Assembly: GCA_963737655.1 (NCBI GenBank)
Contig: CAVTTN010000002.1
Location: 320,001 to 384,000, forward strand
DNA length: 64,000 bases
Direction of reading: 5' to 3'
Source: an uncultured Planctomycetota bacterium
Lineage (GTDB): Bacteria; Planctomycetota; Planctomycetia; Isosphaerales; Isosphaeraceae
The notes under the pieces were generated by a model. It searched no databases. It had not been told where the DNA came from and saw nothing but the letters and a program-made list of their open reading frames with translations. Positions within the stretch are counted from its first letter, which is position 1. Every line of letters starts with the position of its first letter. Below, in pieces: positions 36,239 through 46,356 of this stretch. The position numbers were made by a program, and so were the translations under genes.

Positions 36239-36802
36239 TCAGCGAAGGCCGGCACCGACGTTCCCGCCGGTCGGCGTTTGGCCGCCACCCAACCCCGATG
36301 CCCCTCGGGCCAGCCCCGCGATGCTCGGCATCCTCCCGCCGCTACCGCCCACCGCGGCTCCCCGCGATCCCCGGGCGGCGGATCGGGTGCTCCTGCCCGA
36401 TCGGAGGGCCGGATAATAGGAGCCGGTTCGATTGTAGTAGCCCGTCGCCCCGCTGCCCGTCAGATTCGAGTTCACGATCCCCGTGGCGGTCGTCCGGGGC
36501 AGGCGGGAATGGCCGGACCTCTTGCCGAAGGCGCTCAGGGGGTCCAGGTCGGTCTCGAAGATCGAGCCGGTCGGTTCATACAACCCCTGGCGATCGGTGA
36601 CCGCGGCGACTTGCCTCTCGGCAGACCGGAAGCGGATGTTGTCTTCGGGCTGGGGCTGAGCGGCCAGGGACGCCTGCCGGGGCAGATAGAACCCGTAATA
36701 GAGGAAGAACGGGTCGCTGAATCCTTCGTTCTGGGCCCGGCTCGGCGCCGCGAAGATCCCGAGGCCCAGGACCACGGCCAATCCCGTCAAAATCGATCGC
36801 AT
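36239..36802 (-). CDS. Secreted hypothetical protein
   Basis: Signal peptide ending SRA, DPFFLYYGFYLPRQ, Gly-rich tail. Confidence 0.7.
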   Translation of the reverse strand: MRSILTGLAVVLGLGIFAAPSRAQNEGFSDPFFLYYGFYLPRQASLAAQPQPEDNIRFRSAERQVAAVTDRQGLYEPTGSIFETDLDPLSAFGKRSGHSRLPRTTATGIVNSNLTGSGATGYYNRTGSYYPALRSGRSTRSAARGSRGAAVGGSGGRMPSIAGLARGASGLGGGQTPTGGNVGAGLR

Positions 36803-37045
36803 GGGTGACGAACCTCCCGGAGGATGCGAGGGGGCCTCCGTGGGGGGCGACCGGGACGGCCCAAGGCCCATCTCCGGCGGCGCGGAACCTCCCCGAGGGA
36901 CTTCTCACTCAGTATACCGCAATCCGATCCCCGGACAACCCGATGCCCCGGGGAAGCCGGGGCGGCCCGGGCCTGCCGGTGGATTTTGACGTCGGATCGG
37001 CGCACAATGGGGCCGGGGAGGGCCTGGAGCGGGTTCGAGGCGACG

Positions 37046-37360
37046 ATGAACGAGCTGGACGAAACGATCCTGAGATCGCTCCCGTGGGTCATCGCCCTGG
37101 TGACGGCCCTGGCCGTGGGCCTGGCGGTCGTCTCCTGGTATCGCCGGGACTTCCAGAGGCCCGGTGACCCGTCCGACGACGTCCTGGAGACCCTCGAACG
37201 CGCCCTGGACGACGGCGGGATCGAACCCGCCGAGCTGCGACGGGTCCGCCTGGCCCTGGCGCGTAAGGGCCTGGCCCCTCCGCCGTTGCCCTCCGACGAC
37301 GACCCGCCGCCAGAGCAAGCGGCGACCAACCCCGCCCCGGGCGAGATCACTTCGTCTTGA
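37046..37360 (+). CDS. Small single-TM hypothetical protein
   Basis: TM followed by a SHOCT-like LDDGGIEPAELRRVR. Confidence 0.6.
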   Translation: MNELDETILRSLPWVIALVTALAVGLAVVSWYRRDFQRPGDPSDDVLETLERALDDGGIEPAELRRVRLALARKGLAPPPLPSDDDPPPEQAATNPAPGEITSS

Positions 37361-37751
37361 CCGCCTCTTTCTTTGCGGTCCAGCCGAACTCGTTGGGCTG
37401 GTTATCGACCGTCACGGTGACCATCCCGTTGATCGTGTCGTCGGAGTCCAGCGAGCCGCGATAGGCCGTGCGGACCTTGTCCCTCATGACCGAGAAGGTC
37501 ACTGTCTTGCCGTCGATCTTCAGGTCGGTGACCTTCACCGGCTCGTCGCCGTCACGCTTCTCCTGGGCCGAGAGCTTCCCCTTGGCGGACTCGACCTCCA
37601 GGACGTGCTTGTGCTCGACCGATTGCGCGTCCTTGTACGACCACGACCAGGAGCCAACGAGTTTGGAGGAGTCCTCGGCCGGTGCCCTCGGGCCGACCCA
37701 GGGCAGGGCGAGGGCCAGCGCGACAAGGCCGGCGTGAGGGGCCAGAAACAT
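37347..37751 (-). CDS. Secreted beta-barrel-like hypothetical protein
   Basis: Signal peptide, LVGSW...VTDLKIDGKTVTF...WTAKK. Confidence 0.7.
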   Translation of the reverse strand: MFLAPHAGLVALALALPWVGPRAPAEDSSKLVGSWSWSYKDAQSVEHKHVLEVESAKGKLSAQEKRDGDEPVKVTDLKIDGKTVTFSVMRDKVRTAYRGSLDSDDTINGMVTVTVDNQPNEFGWTAKKEAVKTK

Positions 37752-37868
37752 CGGTGATCGCCTCCCGGACCTCGCCTCGACTTGCCCGAAACCGCTCGGG
37801 GCGATGCGGCCCGGGATCTTTTGCCGCATTTCGAAGGCCGAAGCGGGGAGAATCCGTCCGGCTTGGCC

Positions 37869-38690
37869 TCAGAACGTCCGGCGCTGGCGAGTGGACTCGC
37901 GGGCCGGGTTGATCCCGACCCGAGAATCGCGGACGAACCCGAGGAACTCGACCACCTCGGGCACCTGGCCGAAGTCCGCCTCGATCCTCTCCAGGGCCGC
38001 CGATTGAGTCCGGCCTTCCTTGTAAAGAATCCGGTATGCCTCGCGGAGGGCGTTGATCGCCTCGGCCGACATCCCGGCCCTCCTCAGGCCGATCAGGTTC
38101 AGCCCGGTCACGCAATTGTACCCTTGCTGGAGGATGAACGGAGGGATGTCCTTCGTCGTCGAACCCAGGCCGCCGAGCATCGCCAGCCGGCCGACCCGGA
38201 CCCTCTGCTGGATGGCCGAGTGCCCCGAGAGGATGCAGCCGTCGTGCAAGTGCACGTGCCCGGCGACCAGGGCCCCGTTGACCAGGGTGCAGCCGTCGCC
38301 CACCCGGCAGTCGTGGCCGACGTGCGAGCCGATCATGAACAGGTTGTCGTCGCCGATCCGGGTCACGCCGCCACCCTCCACCGTCCCCCGGTGGACCGTC
38401 ACATATTCGCGGAACGTGTTGCGGTCGCCGATCTCGACCGTCGTCGTTTCCTGGTGATAGGCCCGAGACTGCGGCGACTTGCCCAGGACGGCCCCATGAC
38501 CGACGAAGTTCTCGGCCCCGAGGCTCAAGGGGCCGTTCAGGCAGGCATGCCCCTCGATCACGCACCCGGACCCGATCCTCACCGGACCCTCGATGATCGC
38601 GAACGGCCCGACCTGCACGTCGGGACTGATCTCCGCCTCACACCCGATGACCGCCGTGGGGTGGATCGCCTCGCCGAGCAGCAGCGCCAT
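37869..38690 (-). CDS. lpxA: UDP-N-acetylglucosamine O-acyltransferase
   Basis: IHPTAVI hexapeptide repeats, REYVTVHRGT, HVGHDC, GLNLIGLRRAG. Confidence 0.93.
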   Translation of the reverse strand: MALLLGEAIHPTAVIGCEAEISPDVQVGPFAIIEGPVRIGSGCVIEGHACLNGPLSLGAENFVGHGAVLGKSPQSRAYHQETTTVEIGDRNTFREYVTVHRGTVEGGGVTRIGDDNLFMIGSHVGHDCRVGDGCTLVNGALVAGHVHLHDGCILSGHSAIQQRVRVGRLAMLGGLGSTTKDIPPFILQQGYNCVTGLNLIGLRRAGMSAEAINALREAYRILYKEGRTQSAALERIEADFGQVPEVVEFLGFVRDSRVGINPARESTRQRRTF

Positions 38691-38897
38691 GATTCGCCCC
38701 CTCCTCCTGATTCGGCGACGGGTCTCGGGACATCCTGTCCCTCGGTGATCTATCGGCGACGACTCACCCGTTCCTTGAGCCGGCGGCGACGATTCCACCA
38801 TCCCGCACGATCCACCCTCTCCAGCCCGCGCAAGCCGGACGCGCGAGGGCCGATCCCCCCCGGGCCTCGGCGACGGACGAAGGACCGACGAGTCCGA

Positions 38898-39947
38898 TCA
38901 GGAGAGGGCCACGGCCGAGCCGGTGCGAACGCTCTCCACCTCGGCCCGGCAGATCGCCAGGGCCTGCCTCGCGAGCAAGCCGGAGAGTCTCGGAGGCTCC
39001 TCTCCCGTCCGGACCGCCCGGACCGCCTCGGCCAGCTCCTCGGAGAACGCCGAGACCGGGTCGCCTCCGCCGAGCTCGGGCCGCTCGACCTTCCCCCCGG
39101 GCAGGATCACGGTCAGGGGCAACGAATGTCCCTGGCCGCCCAGGTCGGCGAATGAAAAGCTCAGCGTGGCCCGATCGAAATACACATCGAACCCATGAGC
39201 AAACGGCCGACCCGACTGGCTGATCGCCCCCGAGATCGCCGAGACGGCCAGGTCCGGGTCGTCGAAGAGGTACTGGGTCGTCAGGTGGACGACCGCCTCC
39301 CCCTCGCGGACGCCCCGAGACTGCACGGCCCTCGGCACCCCGCAGAGCAGCCCCACATAATGCGTGTCATGAATGTGAAGATCGATCGCCGGCCCGCCCG
39401 AGCGGTCCGCGTCGGCGATCCCGCCCGACCAGTCCGGCTTCGAGATCACCCGGACCAGGTGGGCCGCCCGGAGCCGGCCATAATCGCCGGACGCGGCGGC
39501 ATTCAGCGCGAAGGCGAACTCGGGAAAGTACGGCAGGACATGAGCGACCATCAACATCTTGCCGTTCCGGCGGGCCGCGTCGAGCATCAGGTCGGCCTCG
39601 GGGACGGTCAGGGCGATGGGCTTCTCCACCAGGACATGCTTGCCCGCCTCCAACGCGGCCACCGCCAGCCGGGCATGCTCATCATTCGGGACGCAAAGGT
39701 CCACCAGATCGACGGCCGGATCGGCCAGCATCCGGGAGAACTCCGAGTAGGCCGACACCCCCGAAAGGTCCATCTGAGTCCCCGGAGGCCCGAAATTCCC
39801 CCGGATCGACGTCCAATCGCCGGCCCTCTTCTTCGGGTCGCGGCTGCAGATCGAAACCACCGAGCCGCCGGGAAGCTGCCGGGACGCCAGGTAATGAATC
39901 ATCCCCATGAAGCCGATGCCGACGATGCCGATGCCGACGTTTTCCAC
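38898..39947 (-). CDS. Gfo/Idh/MocA family oxidoreductase
   Basis: GIVGIGFMG, GKHVLVEKP, DLHIHD. Confidence 0.92.
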   Translation of the reverse strand: MENVGIGIVGIGFMGMIHYLASRQLPGGSVVSICSRDPKKRAGDWTSIRGNFGPPGTQMDLSGVSAYSEFSRMLADPAVDLVDLCVPNDEHARLAVAALEAGKHVLVEKPIALTVPEADLMLDAARRNGKMLMVAHVLPYFPEFAFALNAAASGDYGRLRAAHLVRVISKPDWSGGIADADRSGGPAIDLHIHDTHYVGLLCGVPRAVQSRGVREGEAVVHLTTQYLFDDPDLAVSAISGAISQSGRPFAHGFDVYFDRATLSFSFADLGGQGHSLPLTVILPGGKVERPELGGGDPVSAFSEELAEAVRAVRTGEEPPRLSGLLARQALAICRAEVESVRTGSAVALS

Positions 39948-40166
39948 AATCGAGACTCCGCTCGGCATCCAGGGCCCCGCCCATTCGACGCGAGCCATCG
40001 AAAATCGCCCCATCATCCTCGAGAATCGGACCTGAGCCAGGTCGTCCCCAGGAATCGGCCCCGGATTCTGACGCGCCCCACGATTCCGGGCAAGCGAAAA
40101 CGCCCCGCCCTCAGGATCGACGGCTGTTTTCCTGCGACGACCCGACTCGTCCAGTCCCTTTGCGAG

Positions 40167-40315
40167 ATCACGATCAACGACCTCATCGGCCTGAACAACC
40201 GCGGCCAGATCGCCTTCAACGCCGACGAGGACGGCCAGACGCATCCCTTCCTCATGACGCCCAACGCCGTACCCGAGCCGACGACGCTTGCCCTCTTGGC
40301 GTTCGGTTTGGGACA
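40167..40315 (+). pseudogene. C-terminal remnant of a PEP-CTERM protein (DUF3466/HAF-like end)
   Basis: ITINDLIGLNNRGQIA...HPFLMTPNAVPEPTTLALLAFG, with no N-terminus and no basic tail. Confidence 0.7.
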
Positions 40316-40458
40316 GGGGGTGGAAGGCGGAGGATGGATCGGCCTGGCCTCATGGGCATTCGCCCGTATAATCCAGGCGGAAGAACCCGGAGATCCGCCG
40401 TTCGTCTGCCCGTTCCGTTTCGTTTTCGACCGATCGACAGAATAGGCTTACGACGACC

Positions 40459-40884
40459 ATGAATCCCGCGACAATCCAAAGATCAAAAGACGCCTGGGTT
40501 CCGCGACTGGAGGCCCTTCTCGAACAGGTCGATACCTGGGCGACCAGCGCGGGCTGGTCCACTCGGCGAATCGAGAAGAAAATGCACGACTCCGAATCCG
40601 GCGAGTATCAGGCCCCCGCATTGCTCATGCAGGAAGGGACGACTCGAGTCCTCCTCGAACCCATCGCTCGTTCCGCGCCGGGCGCTGACGGGGTCGTGGA
40701 TCTCTACCGACTTCCGGCCTACGACGACATCGCGAGTCTCTATTTTTACGACGGAGGATGGAACATCCATTATCCATTGCCGGATGATCCTCTGATCCCT
40801 GCCGTCGAGGAAATCTCGACCAGGCCCCTCTCCGAGGAGACCCTAAGGAAGGTCCTGGAGGAGATGGCGAAGAATGCCGCGTGA
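40459..40884 (+). CDS. Hypothetical protein, translationally coupled to the downstream HEPN-like gene
   Basis: 141-aa ORF overlapping the next start by 11 nt; lower GC than the backbone. Confidence 0.75.
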   Translation: MNPATIQRSKDAWVPRLEALLEQVDTWATSAGWSTRRIEKKMHDSESGEYQAPALLMQEGTTRVLLEPIARSAPGADGVVDLYRLPAYDDIASLYFYDGGWNIHYPLPDDPLIPAVEEISTRPLSEETLRKVLEEMAKNAA

Positions 40885-41326
40885 GCGGGATGAGTTGTTA
40901 TCGCGAGTGAAGGCCATCGAGCGCGAATTCTCCGCCCTTCGACTCGCCGTCGCCAGGCTCCTGGCTCATGCCGCGTCCGATCCCAACGTCATCGCGACGA
41001 ACGGCGTCGCGCTTCGAGACGTCGACAATGCCTCCGCTCGCCTCGAAGGCACCTACCTGATTCGGCTCTAGGCCGAGTTCGAGACGGGCTTGCGCCTCTA
41101 CTGGGAGACGGTCAGGACGACCCACCCCAAGACCGAAGACCTGGTCAACGGCGTCGCCGCCAGGCGGAAGATCCCGGATGAGCTGATCTGGTCCGTCCAT
41201 CGGATTCGAGAATACCGCAATTCCCTCGTCCACGAGCAGGCGGAGGAATTGACGCCGGTTTCTCTGTCATCCGCCAGGAGCGCGATCTGCCAGTTCCTCA
41301 GCCGCCTGCCTGAAAGCTGGAGTTGA
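40874..41326 (+). pseudogene. HEPN-like (RxxxxH) protein interrupted by an in-frame TAG at 41069-41071
   Basis: ORFs 40874..41071 and 41090..41326 share a frame: ...TYLIRL*AEFETGLR...IREYRNSLVHE... Confidence 0.7.
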
Positions 41327-41565
41327 TCCGCGGATTCGCCGTCCCAGGGCGATTGATCCCGGCCCCCCTCCTTGCTTGGCTGGATTCGGGTTCGAGGTCT
41401 CTCCCTTGATGCGCACGAGGCATCTAGCGCTGACTTCACACCCTTCGGCGACCAGGCGCAGGATCTCTCGGCGGTCGGCGATCACCGATCGATTTTTGAC
41501 GATTCTTCGATGATCTTCATGCGGACATCCCGACTTGCCGGGAAAGACCTGCCGAACTGTCCATC

Positions 41566-42171
41566 TCACATCTCCGCGAACCGCGAGTACATCGCCAGGC
41601 CGACTTTCTGGCTCTTTTCGGGGTGGAACTGGCAGGCCGTCAGATTGTCTTTCCAGACCGCCGCGGCGAATGGGGTCGGGTAGTCGGCCTCGGCGGCGAT
41701 GTGTTCGGGGTTCTGGGGCTGGGCGAAGTAGGAGTGGACGAAGTAGACCGATTGCCCGTCCTCGAAGCCTCGGAAGATCGGGGCGGGCTGGCGGATTTTG
41801 AGGGTGTTCCAGCCCATGTGGGGGACCTTGAACCCCTCGGGCGGGGTGAACTTGACGACCCGGCCGGGCAGGAGTCCCAGGCCCTGGTGCTCGCCGTCCT
41901 CCTCGCTGGCGTCGAAGAGGAGTTGCAGGCCGAGGCAGACCCCCAGCGCGGGCGTTCCGGCCTTCACGGCGTCGGTGAACGCGGCCCCCAGGCCCGTTCG
42001 GGTGAGCTCGGCGATGGCGTCGGCGAAGGCGCCGACTCCGGGGAGGATCACCTTGTCGGCCCGGCGGATTCGGTCGGGGTCGGCCGTGATCTCGGCGCGG
42101 TGGCCGACGGCTTCAAGGGCCTTCTGGACGCTCCGCAGGTTCCCCATCCCGTAGTCGATGATCGCGATCAT
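41566..42171 (-). CDS. hisH: Imidazole glycerol phosphate synthase subunit HisH
   Basis: IDYGMGNLRSV, PGVGAF, GVCLGLQ, YFVHSY, QFHPEKS. Confidence 0.97.
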   Translation of the reverse strand: MIAIIDYGMGNLRSVQKALEAVGHRAEITADPDRIRRADKVILPGVGAFADAIAELTRTGLGAAFTDAVKAGTPALGVCLGLQLLFDASEEDGEHQGLGLLPGRVVKFTPPEGFKVPHMGWNTLKIRQPAPIFRGFEDGQSVYFVHSYFAQPQNPEHIAAEADYPTPFAAAVWKDNLTACQFHPEKSQKVGLAMYSRFAEM

Positions 42172-42274
42172 GGCCGCCCCTCGATCCCCTCGATTCCGAT
42201 GAGGACCCATCGTATCGCGAGGGCCGTCTCCCTGTCACTCGGGAGAGCGGACGCGGAACGCCGGGTTCGAGTCC

Positions 42275-42850
42275 TCAGCGGAGGCTTCGGCCGGCGTCGA
42301 TCGGCTTTCTCGCGACGGGCAGCCAGGGGGAGCGGTCGTCGAGGCGGCTCTGCGGGCCGTCGTCGTTCCGGTCGATCGGCTCGGGCGCTTCCAGACCGTC
42401 GAGGGGGAGGTCGCCGCTGTCCGGGAGGTTCCGGCGCTCCCGGGGGATCTCGGCCATCGGGGTCTTTCGGCCCTTGGACTGAGAGCGGATCGGGCTGGCC
42501 CGGCGGTTCGAGTCGGTCGCGGTCCTTGAGGGCGGGGCGAGGGTGCCGGAATCGAGGCCCTGGCGGCTGATCACGGCCCGGGCGTCGTCCAGGCGGGTGG
42601 CGAGGTCGCCGTTCTCCGACTCGATCTCGGCGAGCTGGGCCTCGATCCTCTTATTCTCGGTGCGGAGCTCGGCGACCTCCCGGCGGGCCTGGTCCTTCTC
42701 GGATTCGAGCTGGGCGACCTCGGATTTCAGGGTGCCGATCATCGTCCCGCGACGGGCCAGGGGGCCCGGCTGGGCGCAGCCGGACAGCCAGGCCATCGCC
42801 GAGGCGAGGAGGAGGGCGGAGGCTCGTCGGTGGAGGGCGGAGCGGTCCAT
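42275..42850 (-). CDS. Coiled-coil lipoprotein
   Basis: Lipobox LSGC followed by a heptad-rich segment. Confidence 0.7.
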   Translation of the reverse strand: MDRSALHRRASALLLASAMAWLSGCAQPGPLARRGTMIGTLKSEVAQLESEKDQARREVAELRTENKRIEAQLAEIESENGDLATRLDDARAVISRQGLDSGTLAPPSRTATDSNRRASPIRSQSKGRKTPMAEIPRERRNLPDSGDLPLDGLEAPEPIDRNDDGPQSRLDDRSPWLPVARKPIDAGRSLR

Positions 42851-42862
42851 GCTCCAAAGCTA

Positions 42863-43243
42863 TCACGGGGTCCAGCCGGCGTCGGGAAAACCTTCGTTCG
42901 TCTTCGCGGCGTAATCGGACGGGGGCCGATCTTCGGGAAGGTCTTCGCCGTCGTCACGACCCTCAGGGGCCGCCGGGCTTCTCAATCGACGGATCGTCAG
43001 GAAGATGGTGAAGGCCAGCGCCGTGAGGATCGAACCGACGACGACCCCGGCCAGGAGGATCCCTCCGCTCGTGCCCTTGACCGGCCCGAAGCCGAACGGG
43101 AAATAGATCTCGACGGGCGTGCTATTGATGACAATGAACCAGAGGACCAGCCCCAGGAGGACCGCCACGGCCACCAGCCGGCGATAGACCCAGAGGTTGC
43201 GGACGAGGCTCGCCGACCGTCGTCGTTTGTAGGGGGCGGACAT
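42863..43243 (-). CDS. LapA-family membrane protein
   Basis: Two TMs with FIVINSTPVEIYF. Confidence 0.7.
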   Translation of the reverse strand: MSAPYKRRRSASLVRNLWVYRRLVAVAVLLGLVLWFIVINSTPVEIYFPFGFGPVKGTSGGILLAGVVVGSILTALAFTIFLTIRRLRSPAAPEGRDDGEDLPEDRPPSDYAAKTNEGFPDAGWTP

Positions 43244-43276
43244 GATCGGGTCTCCTCTCCTTCGGGCGGTCGTGGG

Positions 43277-44212
43277 TCACGGCCCCTGTCCGGTGAGGAA
43301 CAGGGACGCCTCGGCGAGGTTGCGGTAGAACTCCGCCAGGGGGGGCCAGGCCCAGGGCCATCCCACCATCAAGATCAGGGCGGCCATGCTCAGATAGGGC
43401 CCGAAAGGGATTTCGTGATCCCCGGCCGCTAATTTGGTCTTCGAGAGGATTTTTCGCAAGGCGTTGAGGCCCTTGAGGAAGGCGTGGGCCAGGCCCAGGA
43501 CGGCCCCCAGGAACAACGTGGCCGGGACGACCTGCCAGCCCAGGAACGCGCCGATCATCGCCACGAGCGTGACGTCCCCGAACCCCATCGCCTCCTTGCG
43601 GAAGATCAGGCCGCCGAGGATGCGGATCACCCAGATCGTCCCCCCGCCGACCATCAGGCCGATCCCGCCGACCTTGAGCCCCTCCCACGCCGTGATCGCA
43701 TGGCCGGGATCGGGCCGGCACCCCGGGACGATCGCGCCGAAGAGCAGGCCCAGGGCCATCCCGGGCAGGGTGATGGCGTCGGGGATGGTGTACGTGTCGT
43801 AATCGATGAACGTGGCGATCAGCAGCAGGGACGCCAGGACGAGATGCGAGGCCAGTCGGACGAAATCCTCGGTTTCGAGGCTGGGGATCGTCGATCGGCC
43901 CTTCGGGCCCAGGACGAAATCGGCGAGGAAGATCGCGAGGAAGAGCGACCCGCACAGGGCTTCGATCCCGGGATACCGGGCCGCGATCCGCCCTCCGCAC
44001 GACCGGCACCGGCCCCTCAGGGCGAGCCAGCCGAGGATCGGCACGTTGTCCCGGGCCTTGATCGCGGTCAGGCACCTCGGGCAGTGCGACCCGGGCCAGA
44101 TCACGCTCATCTGGTTCGGGACCCGGTAGATGCAGACGTTCGCGAAGCTGCCGACGACCGCGCCCAGGGCGAAGATCCAGGCCCCTCCCAGGATATACGC
44201 CGTGAGGATCAT
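43277..44212 (-). CDS. pilD: Prepilin peptidase (A24 family)
   Basis: GSFANVCIYRVP, SHCPRC, RGRCRSC, FIDYD, MGFGDV, IPFGPYL. Confidence 0.93.
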   Translation of the reverse strand: MILTAYILGGAWIFALGAVVGSFANVCIYRVPNQMSVIWPGSHCPRCLTAIKARDNVPILGWLALRGRCRSCGGRIAARYPGIEALCGSLFLAIFLADFVLGPKGRSTIPSLETEDFVRLASHLVLASLLLIATFIDYDTYTIPDAITLPGMALGLLFGAIVPGCRPDPGHAITAWEGLKVGGIGLMVGGGTIWVIRILGGLIFRKEAMGFGDVTLVAMIGAFLGWQVVPATLFLGAVLGLAHAFLKGLNALRKILSKTKLAAGDHEIPFGPYLSMAALILMVGWPWAWPPLAEFYRNLAEASLFLTGQGP

Positions 44213-44730
44213 GCCGACCCCCCGAGCCTCTCGACGACGAGCCGGGCCACCTCGTGAGGCGAGAGGCCGTCGGTCGCGACGATTTCGTGGGCCGTCTGGC
44301 GATAGAGGGGTTCGCGGAGGCTCAACACGTCGGCGATCTCGTCCAGGAGGCCCGAGGCGGTCAGCGACGGCCTCCCTCCGGGGTCTCGGCCCAGGCGGTC
44401 GGCGAGGACTTCGGGCCGGGCGGTCAGCCAGACGACCGTGCCGTGCTCGCGGAGCCTCCGCCGGTTCGACTCCTTCAGGATCGCGCCCCCTCCCGAGGCC
44501 ACCACCAGCGAGGTCCCTCGCCCGAGCCGGGTGGCGATCGCCTCCTCTTCGAGGGTGCGGAACGCCGGCTCGCCGAGGAGGGCGAAGACCTCGGCGATCG
44601 GCCGGCCGGCGGCCTCCTCGACGGCCCGATCGAGGTCCAGGAACGGGCGGCCGGTGGCCTCGGCGACGATCCGGCCCACGGTCGTCTTGCCCGTCCCCCG
44701 GTAGCCGATCAGGACGAGGCCCGGGCTCAT
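44209..44730 (-). CDS. aroK: Shikimate kinase
   Basis: LIGYRGTGKTTVG, FLDLD, GEPAFR, SGGG, REPLY. Confidence 0.93.
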   Translation of the reverse strand: MSPGLVLIGYRGTGKTTVGRIVAEATGRPFLDLDRAVEEAAGRPIAEVFALLGEPAFRTLEEEAIATRLGRGTSLVVASGGGAILKESNRRRLREHGTVVWLTARPEVLADRLGRDPGGRPSLTASGLLDEIADVLSLREPLYRQTAHEIVATDGLSPHEVARLVVERLGGSA

Positions 44731-46226
44731 CCCTCGCTCGCCGGATTGAGCTTGCGGCGGACGACCGACCGCATGAGCTCGACCGGCGCCTCGCGCCCCG
44801 TGTAGTAGCGGAACTGCAAGGCCGCCTGCTCGACGAACATATCCACGCCGGTGACCGTCACGCAATCGTGATTGCGGGCGAGCTTGATGAACAGGGTGTT
44901 CTCGGGGTGATAGACGGCGTCGAAGGCCACCATCCCGGGCCGGAAGGCGGCGACGGGGACCGGCGATTGGTTGACGTCCGGGTGCATGCCGACGGGCGTG
45001 CAATTGACGAGGATGTCGCACATCGTGCCGGCCCTCATGGCCCAGCTCACGGCCCGGCAGCCGACCTCCTCGGCGAGCTTCACGGCGCGTTCCTCGTCGC
45101 GGTTGCAGATCGTCACGCCGGCCCCCCGGCGGTCGAGGCCGAAGGCGATCGACCGGGCCACGCCCCCGGCGCCGAGGATCAGCACTTGCTTGTTGTGCAA
45201 CGGGCTCTCGTCGGCGTCGGGCGAGCCGCCGAGGGCGTCTTCCAGGGTGTGCATGGCGGCCCGGTAGTCGGTGTTGTGGCCGACCCACTTGCTCGCCTCG
45301 CGGACCATCGTGTTGCAGGCGCCGGTGCGTTCCACCGACTTGTCCACGGCCGAGAGCAGGGGGATCACGGCCTCCTTGTGGGGGATCGTCACGCTGATCC
45401 CCTGGAGGTCCAGCCACTGGAGGGCGGCCAGGGACTCCTTGACCTCCCCGGCCGGGACTTGCAACGGCACGAGCACCTTGTTCAGCCCGAGCTCGCGGAA
45501 CGCCGCGTTGTGGATCGCCGGGCTCAGGCTGTGGGCGATCGGGTCGCCGATCACCGCGTAGAGCTCGGTCTCGCGGTTGATGTGGTCGTACTGGTAATCG
45601 TCGCGAAGGTCGGCGAACCGGGGCATCCCGGGGGCGAACGTCAGGTCGGGGTTGAAGCCGGAATAGGTGAACGGGGCGCCGAACTTCGCGCCCAGGACCC
45701 GGGTGAAGAACCCCTGAGGCCCCATCGCCACGGCGATCGTCGGCACGCTGGACCTGGCCGCGAACTGGAGCATCCGCGAGGCGTCGGCCAGCGAGCGGCC
45801 CATGGCGGCGATCTTGATGATATCGGGATCGGCGTCGCGGATCTCTCCGGCCAGGTCGTCGAGCTTTTCCGGCACCTTCTTGAAGTCGTGGACCGAGATG
45901 ATTCGCCTGGTCGCGCCGAATTTCGGCCGGGGGATCTCCTTGGCGGTGTCGAGTTCGAGATCGACGTAATCGACCCCCATGACGATCGCCTCGCGAAGGA
46001 GCCTCCGCCGACGGTCCTCCTCGCCCCGCCACATCCCGCCGTCGGTCCCCTTGCGGATGGTGAAGACCAGAGGCGTGGGCCGATCGGCCAGGATCCGCTT
46101 GAGGTCCGGGTCGCGGCGGAGGCAGTCAATCCGCAGCTCGACGAGCCTCGCGCCGGCCTCGGCCGCCGCCTTCCATTCCGCCTGGAGCGACGAATGCCGC
46201 CCTCGTCCGATCGTCACGCAGATCAT
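44727..46226 (-). CDS. aroE: Bifunctional type I 3-dehydroquinate dehydratase / shikimate dehydrogenase
   Basis: N-half VELRID, ISVHDF, IIKIA. C-half HSLSPAIHN, SVTIPHK, NTDY, LGAGGVA, NCTPVGM. Confidence 0.93.
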   Translation of the reverse strand: MICVTIGRGRHSSLQAEWKAAAEAGARLVELRIDCLRRDPDLKRILADRPTPLVFTIRKGTDGGMWRGEEDRRRRLLREAIVMGVDYVDLELDTAKEIPRPKFGATRRIISVHDFKKVPEKLDDLAGEIRDADPDIIKIAAMGRSLADASRMLQFAARSSVPTIAVAMGPQGFFTRVLGAKFGAPFTYSGFNPDLTFAPGMPRFADLRDDYQYDHINRETELYAVIGDPIAHSLSPAIHNAAFRELGLNKVLVPLQVPAGEVKESLAALQWLDLQGISVTIPHKEAVIPLLSAVDKSVERTGACNTMVREASKWVGHNTDYRAAMHTLEDALGGSPDADESPLHNKQVLILGAGGVARSIAFGLDRRGAGVTICNRDEERAVKLAEEVGCRAVSWAMRAGTMCDILVNCTPVGMHPDVNQSPVPVAAFRPGMVAFDAVYHPENTLFIKLARNHDCVTVTGVDMFVEQAALQFRYYTGREAPVELMRSVVRRKLNPASEG

Positions 46227-46356
46227 AAAGGTCGATGGCGCCCCGAGTCAGGGAGAGGAGAGGCCGGGATCATGTCCCCAACGATTCTACGACTTCCGCC
46301 TCGCCGGTCCAAGGCCGAGCGAAACCGACCCGCCCCCGGGGCGGTCGCCGGCCTCG

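Noticed and set aside
41069..41071. Pyrrolysine or genetic-code reassignment at the in-frame TAG
   Set aside because: Other genes in the window (e.g. gltB, pheA) end in TAG normally, and no pyl machinery is visible.
41330..41565. Minus-strand REILRLVAEG, resembling a LuxR HTH fragment
   Set aside because: Too short and the surrounding residues do not continue the motif; cannot be supported.
44727..46226. AroD-AroE fusion as a novelty
   Set aside because: Already known in Planctomycetes, Chlamydiae and plants.
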